Shown here: piece by piece, positions 1-11,172 of the stretch
Layout of the letters: the number at the start of each line of letters is the position of its first letter
Numbering within the stretch: position 1 is the stretch's first letter
Source of the DNA: Basidioascus undulatus
Taxonomy: Eukaryota
Direction: 5' to 3'
DNA length: 34,356 bases
Assembly: GCA_000826855.1 (NCBI GenBank)
Contig: JTLS01000078.1
Span: 1-34,356, forward strand
Made by a program: the position numbers and the translations under genes
Notes under the pieces: model-generated
The model's input: the letters and a program-made list of their open reading frames with translations, nothing else
Told to the model about the DNA's origin: nothing
The model's database searches: none

Positions 1-3000
1 ACGCGCACGCCAGCAGCAGCATCAGCGACGCGGACGACCTCCCCTCCCCCGCCGAGCAGTCCATCCGCCTCGTCACCCCGCCCGACCTCGCCTCCTCCAC
101 GACCGCCTCGCCGGCATCCACCCGCCGCTCAACGACTCCCACGCCCGCGGCGTCCCCCGCCCCATCTGCGTGCGGCGTGCGCGTCCACGCGCCCGAGGCG
201 GCGAGGAAGCCGTCGACTAGCTCGATCGCTGCTTCTGCCGGCGAGCCGGAGCCGGAGGTCCTCGAGCGCGCACAGGACCTTGGGAGGAAGTGCTGGGCTG
301 AGGACGAGACGTTCTTGGCCAAGGAGAAGATTGCAGAATGGCTGGGCAGCATGTGAGTCGTGCTCGCTTGGCTGGCAATACGCAAGGAGGGGAAGAGAAG
401 CTGATTGAGGTGGCTGGGGCGTGCAGAGGGCAAGTTAACCGGATCGCGCTGAGGACGTACATGGACTTTTTCGACTTTACCGGGCTGCGACTTGACATCG
501 CTTTCAGGTGCGTTTCGAGGGGTTGAGTATAGAGAGAGAGAGAAGGATGCTGATCTTGCTCGTGCGTTACAGGCGCCTGACGGCGAAGCTCTTCCTCAAG
601 GCTGAGACGCAGCAGGTCGACCGCATCCTCGAGGCGTTCAGTCGGAGGTTCTGGGAGTGCAACCCGGGTTCCGTGTATACTAGCGCAGGTGCGTCGCCCT
701 CACGGCAGCAAGCCTAGGCGTCACATATGCAGTCGCTTACTTCTACGTTCTCCCAGACGTCGTCCATGCGATCGCCTACTCGCTCCTCCTCCTAAACACG
801 GACCTGCACGTCGCGGAGCTCGCGACGCACATGTCGCGCTCGCAGTTCGTGCGCAACACGCTGAGCGTCGTGCACCAGCAGCTGCGGCCGCGTGGCGCGA
901 GCGGGGGGACGTCGACGCCGGACCTGGTGCACGACGACGCGAGCAGCATGCAGAGCAGCGCGTACGATCTTGCGCCCACGCTGTCGGACTCGGCCCCGCC
1001 GAGCTCGATGCGCACGCGCCTCAAGCGCAGCGGCAGCTTGTCCAGCGCGAGCGGGTCGACGGGCCACCTCGTCGCTTCGCCCGGACAGCTCTCGCCCGCG
1101 CCCTTGCCCTCCGGCGCGGCGAGCCCCGCCAGCTCGCTCCGGGGCAGCTCACACGACCTCAAGTCGAGGAAGAGCGGCAGCTTGACGAACGTCTCGTCTG
1201 CGGCGTACATGCGGCAGCTCGACGCGGAACTCGAGTCGTTGCTGAAGGTGCGTGATGGACACATAAGTTGTCACATTGTGCGAGTACTGATGTAACTGGG
1301 GGAAATCGAATTACAGGACATGTATAACGCCGTGCGGCAGAACCGGATCCTGCAGCCGCTGGACGACTCAATCAGCCGCCGCTCGACGTCGTCCCTCAGC
1401 CCGGGCTCCCCGTACGGCAGTATGAACCGGACCAAGAGCACGCGCAGCCAGACGAGCATCGGCGGCAGCGACCGCGTCTCGGCGCTCAAGCGCGGCAGCA
1501 TCCGCGGCATCCAGAACCTCCTGAGCAGCTCGAACCCGTACGGCCACAGCGCGAGCAGTAGTGGACCGAGCGACGGGCGCGTCAGCCCGACGCCGAGCAC
1601 CGCAACGTCTTCGGATGTGAGTTGCTGCTTGTCGCTTTGGGATAAGTCTGCAACGGGAAATGCTGATTGCTGGGAACCGTGATGGCAGGGGTACACGTCC
1701 ACGCTCTTCACTCCGACCATCGGCTTCGCGTCCAACCTGTCGCAGACGATCATCCGCGAGCAGCAGGAGGACGACATGAAGAGCGTCAAGAGCGTCGCGT
1801 CGTCGGCAGCCTCGATCACGGACGAGGAGCTCGCGCTGCTCGGCGCGCCGTGGGCGAAGGAGGGCGTCCTCCAGCGCAAGCACTACTGGGAGTCGGAGCG
1901 CCGGCGCGCAAAGGACAAGGCCTGGCTCGAGGTCTTCGTCGTCATCTCCTGCGGAGAGCTCAAGATGTTCACGTTCGGCGCGGTCAAGGGCGGGAGCGGG
2001 GGCGGCATGGTTGGCGGAGGCAACTGGACTGTGCGTGCAGACTGTGCATGGTTTCGGTGTGTAGTGTGGTGCTGACGCGAGGAGAGGGTCGCAGAGCAAC
2101 GCCAACCTCGTCGGCGAGATCACGCTGACGCACTCGATCGCCACTGCCTTGCCCTCGGGCTACAACCGCTCGCGCCCGCACTGTTTCGCCGTCACCCTGC
2201 CCGGCGGAAGCTGCTACTTCTTCCAAGCGGGAACGGAGCACCTAGTCGACGAGTGGGTCTCGACGTGCAACTACTGGGCCGCGCGCCTCAGCAAGGAGCC
2301 CCTCGCCGGCGGCGTGTCCAACATGGAGTACGGTTGGAACCGGGTCGTCGCGGGCGACGACGAGGACGACGAGGACGACGGGGGCGCGCTCTCGCCCAAC
2401 GACGCCGCCAGCGTACGCAGCGCCCGCAGCCGCAGCAGCTTCCAGAGCTGGCACGGATCCGTGTCGGCCGCGGGCGGCAGCCGCGGCGGGATGAGTGCGG
2501 ATAAGATCTACATTAACGACTGGACGCCGCCTCAGGTCCCGACGGTGTCGAGTACGCTCGGCGAGGAGGGCCAGCTCGACGCGCTCAAGCGCCACATTGA
2601 CTACCTCAAGCGCGACCTCGAGTCGCACAATGACTTGCACGAGGCTATGCTCCAGCTCGTGTGTCGTTCTCCGCCCTTATTGTTGTCTACCTTGCTACAG
2701 CCCGTTGACTTCCCGCTTTCTCGCAGTACTCTCCCCGTTCCTCGAACCGCGAGAAGGCGAAGGCCAACTGGGAGCGCAAGTCGAAGCACATCCTCTCCGA
2801 AATCGTCAAGTACGAAAAGTATGTCGACAGCCTGAGCACTTCGATCGTCCTTCGTGCGTCCCTCTTCATTCCACCTAGATATGTCGATGCTGTGGGTGCT
2901 GATGCGCGTACACCCCCGCTTTCAGGCATGACCAAGCAGGGCGAGCGGCAGCTGGAGCGCGCGCTCGGCGAGGACGGTCCCCCCGAGGAAGAGGTGGCCC

Positions 3001-3083
3001 TCTCATCCGTCGACGACGACGACTCGTTCCACACGGTCGACAACCGCGCCGCGCAGTCGTCCGTCAGCGTTCTGCGCGTCTAG
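1..3083 (+). CDS. Sec7-domain ARF guanine-nucleotide exchange factor with PH domain (SYT1-like), multi-exon, 5' end outside the window
   Basis: Splicing (e.g. introns 353-426 and 508-572) gives IGQVNRIALRTYMDFFDF...LFLKAETQQVDRILEAF (Sec7 motif 1 with the glutamic finger) and DVVHAIAYSLLLLNTDLH (motif 2). Downstream is a PH-like region WAKEGVLQRKHYWE...RPHCFAVTLP...FQAGTEHLVDEWVSTCNYWAARLSKEPLAGGVSNMEYGW. Stop TAG at 3081-3083. Confidence 0.9.
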
Positions 3084-3699
3084 GCACGCGATTACCATTC
3101 TAGCCCCCTTATGATATGACCTTTTTCTTCTTTTTCTTCTCTTTCCGGTCTCGGACTGTATTCATAATAGGTTACCCCGCGGTCACGCCACTGCTTGCTT
3201 GTTGTTCACGTCGATTCCCTGATCCCCTAAACGTTACCTCGCTGGTCGTGCTTTTTTCTTTACATACCGCTCGGTTTTCTAGATGAACTTGGCTGCATAC
3301 ACTCAAAGTTTGACATGTGGTTTCGGGTGACTGCCCAACTGCGCATGCCTTGTGGATCTGTCGTATCAGGCTTGGCGGTGCGCTGCGTGCTCCAGACTGC
3401 GCTACTCAGTATGCAGGTCGGCCAAGCAGGAAGCAGGCGATATGGAGAAGAGGAAGGCGAGCGGCAAGGCAGAGGACCTCTTGTCATCGGATACGGTCAC
3501 CAGCCCTTTCGCTTCAGACTCAAGTTTCGCATGTGGGTCTCACGGGCATTTCGCTGGCATGCACTCAACATAGATGCACGCAACGTGGATACATGTCCAA
3601 ACATCGAGGATGAAGAAGAAGAAGATCCTGGGGGATAGTGGGGCGGGTGCGGAGAGGGAGGCTTCGTTTGTGGAAGGGAAGTTAGCCACGTCGAGCGAG

Positions 3700-4791
3700 T
3701 CAGGAAGAAGGACTTGAGGGCAATACAACGTACATGGCTAAGAAGGCTGAGTAGCACCAGGAGAGCGCCCTTCCAGCTCGAAAGCTCGGGCGAAAGCGCG
3801 TCTTGATGAGCTCGTCTATTGCTTTGTCGTCCAGGGAAGTTGAAGGGAGAGAGTACATAGCAGCGGTAGTGCCAAGCAGACGCTTCATATCCGCATCGTC
3901 CACGGAAGAACCCGGTATCCCGAGCGCCACGGACGATTTCCAGCGAAAGCTTCTGATGTGGTCCAGAACCACATGCAAAGGATGCTCCCCAGGTAGTTCC
4001 GCGATGCACGAATCCCAACCAGATCGAAATGCGCTGATCGTCTTCGAAGTTTCCCTTGGATAGGGGTAGCCGGAGGGGATAGACGTGGAAGGAGGAACAC
4101 TGAAGAGCGGTTGCGCGGCCTTGAGCATGCTCTCCCGCGCAGTCGCAAGGTTGAGAATCGCGTTGACTCCGAGCTTATGCGCGTCGTCGTGCGACAGGGT
4201 GTCGAGCGGCTTGGAGAGGAGAGTGCGGTATGCGCCGTGCAACCATCTCTGCACGCCGATCTCGCGGGCGATTAAGACGAGCTGGATCGGGTTCGAAGCG
4301 GTCTGATCGGCGAGGTAGAGATTCTCGTAGCGCTCGATCCCGTACGCTCGCTGGACGGGCATGTTGGTCGTGAGGCGCAGGATGCCGACGAGTTGTGGCT
4401 CAGTCGGTCGAGTAAGCTCCGCGTACCTGGAAACAATCCATCAAACTCTGCATTCCTTTGGATCGCGGGTATCATTGACTCACGAGCCATAAAGGGAGAC
4501 ATGAGCGCGGCGAACGCGTCGGCCTCGACGCCCAGGAGGACGACTGGATGAACGTCGGATGTGCCCCTGGCCGATTTGGTGTCGAGCGAGAACATGTCCT
4601 CGAAGGCACTAGAAGCGGCTATCAAGCGAGACCCATGGACGCTAAAGAGAACGTCCTCAACCTGGACGCGATCGACGTGGCGATAGTCAGATCGACGTCG
4701 TCGGAGAGTCGTGCATTTAGAGACACACGCGGAAGACGATGTTGCCATCGAAGAAGTAATAGTACTTGGAATGAATGGGTGAAAATGACAT
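3700..4791 (-). pseudogene. Basidiomycete BTB/POZ-domain protein, probably frameshifted
   Basis: ATG at 4791 gives MSFSPIHSKYYYFFDGNIVFR; after intron 4662-4728 it reads VEDVLFSVHGSRLIAASSAFEDMFSL...GTSDVHPVVLLGVEADAFAALM, a typical fungal BTB start. The downstream exon (LVGILRLTT...NPIQLVLIAREIGVQRWLHGAY...DDAHKLG) ends at the stop at 3700. The GTGAGT donor (4483) and CAG acceptor (~4427) join out of frame by one base. Confidence 0.75.
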
Positions 4792-5843
4792 TGTCAGTGC
4801 GGAATCGAGAGAGAATAGTGAGCTGAAGTGCGCGACGTGTTAATGGCTGAAGTCGAAGAGGCGACCTTGGGCAACCGCGGGCCACGCGAAGAAAAGGCTT
4901 CTTCCCCCAGACCAACCCACTGTGTTCAGGCAAGAAGAACTTTTATCCAAAATTTTAGTTCGATGGGCACATAAGTAAATAAACTTTCACACAGTCTGAG
5001 GGTGACTTCCTGAGATGACAATACAGGACGAGGAAAAAACTATTGCACGCCCGAAAATCGAACCGACAAACCCCGAGTTCCGGGGAGTGGCTGGTGGCAT
5101 GAGACGAGTCAGAGGAAGGGGGATGCCAGGCAGGACGAGGCGTACCGCTGGGAAAAGTAAGAAGGGAACCGACTCTAAGATGAGGCAATAAGGCGAGGAG
5201 AGCGAGTGTTCGTCAAGGGAGTAAGAGAGGGTAAGAGAGGGCGGCTCGGCGAGCAGGCATTTCATCGCTATATCTGTCTCATTCGGGCTCTCAAAGAGCA
5301 AGCTCTGGAATGAAAGAACATTCTCAAGGAAGTATAAGTACCTCCTACCGTTTGCCCGGACCTCAAGGCCAGCGGCCAGCGATGAGACACGGTCGAGCAG
5401 ACTCGGTTGAAATCAGCTGCGAGGAATAGGATAGCGTTGATCTGCATAACATCCCAGGTCACAAAGTGTATCCTGTTAACGTCCGAGCCAGCATGTAGAG
5501 TTTCAGCAGTTGACCGACCGCCGTATGCCACGGTGAAAGCTCAAGCACTCGTCTTGGGACGCCCTTCACATCGGTGCGACCACCCCAGGAGCTTTTATCG
5601 ATCGTTCACGCAGGCCACCGCCGATCGTTCGTGAGCCTAAACGGCAACAACCAAATATCGAGCGCCGTCCGCCGTCCGCCGTCAGCGGCGTCGGCTGTCA
5701 AGACGGACGCGCTCTTACCAAGCTCCCGCTCGAACCCTTCTGCTCTTCTCCTTACCCGCCCATCTTTCCAGTCGTCCTGGCTATTGCTTTCCGCGTGCTC
5801 GTCGTTGCCAACAGCGAGCGCGCTACAGTTTCGGTCCGCCGCC

Positions 5844-8041
5844 ATGGATAGCCAGCGGTACGCTCGTGGAATGGTCGCTCATCGCCCGCAGCACGCGTTC
5901 TGACCGCGACCGAGATGGCCCTAGCAGGCTGCACCAGTTTGAGTCGTTCCTGGCCGCGTCCTCGCCGTTCGATTCGACGCCGCTCGCGCTCACGGCGTTC
6001 AGGCATCTGGCCTACACGGGTGAGCGTCGAATACCTGACTGAGGCATCTGCTGCGACCGTTTCTGACTCGGAACGGAGGAGCAAGGCGTCCCTGACCACC
6101 CACCTCTCATTCGCCCGCTCGCGTGGAAGATCCTGCTGGGGACTCTGGGGACGGACAGGAGGAAGTGGAACCAGGAGAACGGGAGGAGGAGAAACGAATA
6201 TTATGTGAGTCGGTACAAGGTTGATGAGAGCTCTTGGTAGACCTGACGCTTCGCCGAGGGTGTAGGACTTTGTACGAGACTTTTGCCAGCCAAATGAGAC
6301 CAGTGCGGTTCCAGAATCACCAACATCACCTGTAAGCCATCCTCTCCCTTGGGTTCCCAGCGTGCGCTGATTCGAAGAGCTCTTGGGACAGGCCTCGCCG
6401 CTCTCTCCCTCCGTCAACCTCTCCCCTGATGATTCTCATCTCCTCACGATCCACAATGACGTCGTCCGCACTCAACGCCAACTCGCATTCTTCCGACAAC
6501 CCATCCCCGCCAACAGGCGCAACCCGCTCAGTCCCCCCGGCGCGGGCGACACCGACTCTGAATCCGAGTCTGGATTCGAGTCGGGGAGCGAGCCTCGCGC
6601 CGGCACAATCGAGTGCCGCAGGGGGCTGTTCGAGCGCCTGGAGGTCTTGACGAGGGGGCGGAGCGTGGATGGGGACTTTGGTGGCGATGATGGGGAGCCG
6701 GAACGGAGGAGACTGCGCGTACGGCCACCTGACATCCAGATCATGGAGCCTTCCCCCTCTTCCCCCACCGCTCCGCACTCCTTCCCTCCTACCCCTGCGT
6801 CACCCGCCCTCTCCGACACCCCCACGATCACCCCCTCCTCCTCAACATCTCTCTCCATCAATGTCCCTTCGCAGCTCAACGTCCCGGACACGCACTCCTC
6901 CGCGCTCATCCGCATCCTCTACCTCACCTCTCGCCTGCACCCCACACTCTCCTACGTCCAGGGCGAGAACGAAGTCCTCGCGCCCCTCTACTACGCATGC
7001 GCCTCCCCGCCTGATGCGCCCCACGCCGAGGCGGACACCTTCGCGATGTTCCAGACGCTCGTGGGCGAGTTTCGGGAGATCTGGGGCGGGAGGGAAGGCG
7101 TCGTGGCGAAGGGCTTCGCGGGCGTGCCGGTCGCGCGGGCGGAGGCTACTGGTGAGGGAGGGGAGGATGAGGCGCCGATGGAAGAAAAGAGGGGCATGGA
7201 GTGGGCGCTTGCGAAGTTGGGAAGGAGGGTGCGGTGGGCGGATGAGCCGCTCTGGCTGGAGCTGGTAAGCCTGTCTCGCAACTTGGATTTGAGGGCGTTT
7301 CGTGTGGAGGACACTCATCCAGGTTGTGTACGCGCAGAAACGGAAACACCTGGACCCGTCAACACCATATTACGCCTTCCGATGGATTCACTGCCTCCTC
7401 GCCCAAGGTCCGCAATCTCAGCCCATGCTGCCTTCTCATTTCGCTCATATCAGCCCGCTTCATCTTCCAGAATTCGTCCTCCCCGACCTTCTCCGCCTTT
7501 GGGACAGCCTCTTCTCCCACCCGTCATCATCAGCCGAAGACCCCTCCGCCCCCTCGCCCCGCATCGAGTACCTCATCGACGTCTGCGCCGCCATGATCCT
7601 CCTTCTCCGACCGCAGCTCATGGAGCGCACGGAAGCGGAGCGGAAAGGCCGAGGGCTGTGGGACGCCGCCGTCGGGACTGGTCAGGACGAAGACGAGGGT
7701 CCTGGTGGAGAAGGCTTTGCAAGGGGCATGCAGGTGCGCAGTTGACAGCACTCATCTCTAATTGTCCCGATGCTGATGAGTATTGGCCGCTACAGCTCCT
7801 GCAAAACTACCCGTCCTCCGATATCGGCGTCGATCGGATCCTCCAGCTCGCGACCGAAGTCCGTGAGCGGCGCCTCGCTGGCGCAATGTCCGGCACGGGT
7901 CCGGACGACCCCGAGCCATCAACCACCTCCCCTTCCTCAACCTGGCAACTCCCCTCTCCCTTTCTCCCCTCTCTGGCTCTGTCTCTCTCTTCTTCCCCTC
8001 TTCCCTTGTCCCCATTCCTCCTCTCACCATACGTGACATGA
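5844..8041 (+). CDS. TBC-domain Rab GTPase-activating protein (TBC1D13-like), multi-exon; native 3' tail possibly lost
   Basis: ATG at 5844 (MDSQR, then an intron). Motifs: [27 protein letters not shown] (IxxDxxR arginine finger), [14 protein letters not shown] (YxQ glutamine finger), [34 protein letters not shown] and LLQNYP. The frame ends at TGA 8039-8041 after running through a pyrimidine-rich, intron-like tract. Confidence 0.85.
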
Positions 8042-8066
8042 GCTAAACTTTGGTGGGCACCCGCAG

Positions 8067-8476
8067 CGCGACGAAGCCAAGCAGCTTGTCATCGCCGCCA
8101 TCTCGGCCGGCATTTTCAACGACCTCGGCTCGGGCTCCAACTGCGACGTGTGCGTCATCGAGAAGGACCAGCCGACGGTGCTCATCCGCAATGTCGAGCC
8201 GACGTTGAATAAGCGGGAGGAGAAGGGTGCGCTTTTCCGTTCTTTATTCTCCTGCGTTTGCTGCCTTTCCTTTACTTGATTGTTGTCACTGAGTGAACAG
8301 AGTACTGACGAGAGAGGTTTGGGTTGGGATCAGAGCGCCGATACGTCTTCCGCCGCGGGACGACGGCGTGGACGAAGGAGGACGTGCGCTCGCTCGTCGA
8401 CCAGGAGGAGGTCGTCGAGCTCTTTGCCCGCGGCGAGGCCAGCGCCGCCGTCGAGGGCATGGACACGAGCTCGTGA
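8067..8476 (+). pseudogene. PUP1: 3' two exons only of 20S proteasome subunit beta2 (PUP1/PSMB7)
   Basis: After the CAG acceptor at 8064-8066 it reads [33 protein letters not shown]...; after intron 8227-8333 it reads ERRYVFRRGTTAWTKE...MDTSS* (TGA 8474-8476). [11 protein letters not shown] and the GTT tail are diagnostic of beta2. No propeptide or catalytic Thr exons are present upstream. Confidence 0.85.
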
Positions 8477-10243
8477 GGCGCGCAGTGCGGGCTAGGAGTG
8501 GAGGAAGGATGAGCGGCTGAAGGGAATGGGCGAGGGGGGAATACATATCAACTTGAGCGACTGAACTGACACGAGTGTGGGGTGGGCGTGATGCGTGTGG
8601 TGGGAGAAGTGGTGAATGAGTCTGTGCTGGCGGGTGAGTGGTGGGTAGGAGGATGACGAAGAGCGTCTGGCTTTGCGAGAGTTGGTCAACGGAATATGAA
8701 AGATGAGGTGGGGTGGGTGAAGGTCCCTTTGCCGTGGGCTGGTGGAAAACGGTAGAGGGGCTGAGAGAGCCGTTATGGTTGCGCTATCGACCTGGTACTC
8801 GCAGGAAATACGGGTGGCATTGACGCAGAGGTCATCTCGCAAGAGGCTTCACGAGAATAATAAAGATCGAATCGGAACAGTACTTTGACGGGGGAGTACG
8901 ATTTAAGTTATCGGAATATCAACAGAGGGCGGTTGGACTTCCAACAAAGCTGTGAGACATACATACAGTCAATTGACAGCGCAGAAAATTTGCAGGCTTC
9001 TTGACTCTGGATTACTTCGTAATTGCACGACGTATGTGAATGTGCGCTGAAAGTTTAAAGATTATGGTGAAGTTGTTCGCTATCCCTTGACCTTAAAAGA
9101 AGTGTGCTTATGACCGATCACGGATGGCATGCCGCGGGTTGTCGACTTCACGGCCCTTAGCTTCTTTCCTTTCCCCCATCTCCTCTATCTCACACTCACA
9201 CATGTCTTCCAAAACGCTTACTGGCCCAGAATTACTTGAGCATGGCCTCACCTCCCACACCTGCTCACTCTCTCAACATCTTTGGACTGCAGCGATCCCG
9301 TGCAGTACTGTAACAGCGGAAATCTTGGCTGAAGCGGGGTTCTTAGAATGTAATCGACTGTCTAAGTTGAGAGGTTTCTTTTCCTGTGACAGTTACGTGA
9401 CTTATCAGAGCAATAGTGTAAATCTCTGCGAACCCTCGTCTTGTAAGAAAGGAGCACGCTCGATCTCTCGACTTCAGCCGAGCTTCCTCTGCCTTGACAC
9501 GGGATCGGCTGACTCTGCTGCTTACTATGGGAATACCGATCCTCGGTATAAGGGCCTAATCTGTTATCACGATGCACTCCAAGCGCTTATGGTGGAGAGC
9601 CATAAGTTTTACCGACTGGATCGCAAGGCCATGACTGTAAAGCCAAAGCCTAGCTTAAACCGGTGTGCCAGTTGCCTGGCCGCTCTTGAAGGGTAGATCA
9701 TTTCAACGCTCCATGGGAATTTTTGGAAATTCGATATACCATATGGCAGAGCACAGTCCTTTGAACAAGACAAATGGACTCGCGGGCCGTCTGCAAGTTG
9801 GCCGTGACAGCCACTGGCCGCTTTGCTCGTCTAATGAAGCTGTTGAACTTTAGGTGCTTGCTCACTTCGAAGTGCCTCGTTAACTGTTCCCGCTGGTATT
9901 TCATTCAAGGCAGGCACAGATACAAACACACTCATCAAAAGCTTGTCGCTAAGCTCTTCGAGAGATAGGTGCAGCACCGCTGTGGCGGGGCTACCTTATG
10001 AAATGCCGTTTGTCACTGAACCTGGACTTACGGTTCAAGGTGCCTTAATTAGCTTTAACAGAACCATGTGAGTTGCCTCCACACCCGTGACAAAGCCCCG
10101 CGGCTCCACGTTAGCTCTTGCACCGGGACCACTGGCACAGTCCACCATCACACCGCGTCGCGCCGTGTTGTCTTTTCACAATCGACACAACCTCCTCATC
10201 AACTTGAGAACCTCACCTATCCATTATTTTATGGCTTGTAACC

Positions 10244-11172
10244 ATGCCCGACCCTTTTCAGGTGGAACGCGGTCCGATACCGTCCCCATCGCAGGCAGGC
10301 ACGACAACTCCATCCAAGGACGGCGCTTCGTCGAAGTCGGGAGAGCAACAGACTCTCCTTAGTACGAGACGGTTTCCTTTGGTGGCGGATACAGCTCGGG
10401 CGGGATCGAGGGCGTACAATGCATTGACTCGCTTGGCGGTTGCAGACATTACCAAGCTGCTCGAGACCAGCAACGAACGTGCGCAGCGGACGGAGGACGA
10501 GCTGAACCGCCTTTCGAAACATATTCAAGCCTGTGCGTATCATCAGCCTTTCTCACCCACTGGTCCCGTGAAGGCTCAACGCGAGCTCATTGCTCCAGCC
10601 TCTCGACCTCTACAGGACGGCCCGACGCCCCCGAAGCATGCCAAAGACTCTGGTGCATGGGCTCCGCTCTACCGCGTCGTCCGCGACGACACGGCCGAAT
10701 GCGTGCAGGAGTGGAGGGAAGGGCTCGACGTCGCTCTCATCTTCGTGAGTGCTGCATATTATCAAGCAGCCGACCATACTACTCTCTAACTGCATTACTT
10801 GAGCCGTTTGCAGTTCGGTCTGTTCTCAGCTATTGTCACCGCGTTCATCATCGAGACGTATAAGGACCTTAACCCCGATCAGGTTGAATCACAACTCCCT
10901 TTCGTGTCCTGCGCGTACGATACCGTTTCGCTGCCGACTCGGTCGGCTACATTCGCATCCCATTGGGCCATGCCTACGTGACCCTTTCCCGCATCGAGAT
11001 CCACGCTCTATACGCAGCTGTGCTCGGAAAGGCCGAAGATCTGGGGTACCTCGACGAGCTCGATACCTTTGCCAAACGAGGGGACCCTAACGACGTGGAC
11101 TTCGAGCCTCCCATCGTGAAAGGCGCACGCAACGCGTTGGCCAAGGCACGCGTCGCTATTATCAGTGAGTGA
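10244..11172 (+). pseudogene. DUF6535-type basidiomycete membrane protein, truncated or internally deleted
   Basis: WAPLYRVVRDDTAECVQEWREGLDVALIF, intron (GTGAGT ~10745 to CAG ~10813), FGLFSAIVTAFIIETYKDLNPD matches the family's N-terminal motif (W..D.LLIFAGLFSA..TAF.IESY..L.PD). Similarity stops at ~10880, that frame closes at 10981, and the expected further TM helices are absent. Confidence 0.65.

Noticed and set aside
689..2878. Many long overlapping and antisense ORFs here and over the other GC-rich genes
   Set aside because: These are shadow ORFs expected from high GC3 codon bias; they are Arg/Ala/Pro-rich with no motifs.
4955..5634. Short ORFs between the BTB and TBC genes
   Set aside because: No motifs or consistent exon structure; likely promoter or intergenic DNA.
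7945..8066. GC-AG intron making an in-frame TBC-PUP1 fusion protein
   Set aside because: The candidate donor GCAACT is weak and phase 2, while the PUP1 exon is phase 0, so the join would be out of frame.
9124..9968. 190-aa Cys-rich ORF and neighbours (possible zinc-finger or transposon relic)
   Set aside because: No recognisable motif spacing, it lacks the GC3 bias of real genes here, and no splice model closes; it may be a relic but cannot be supported.
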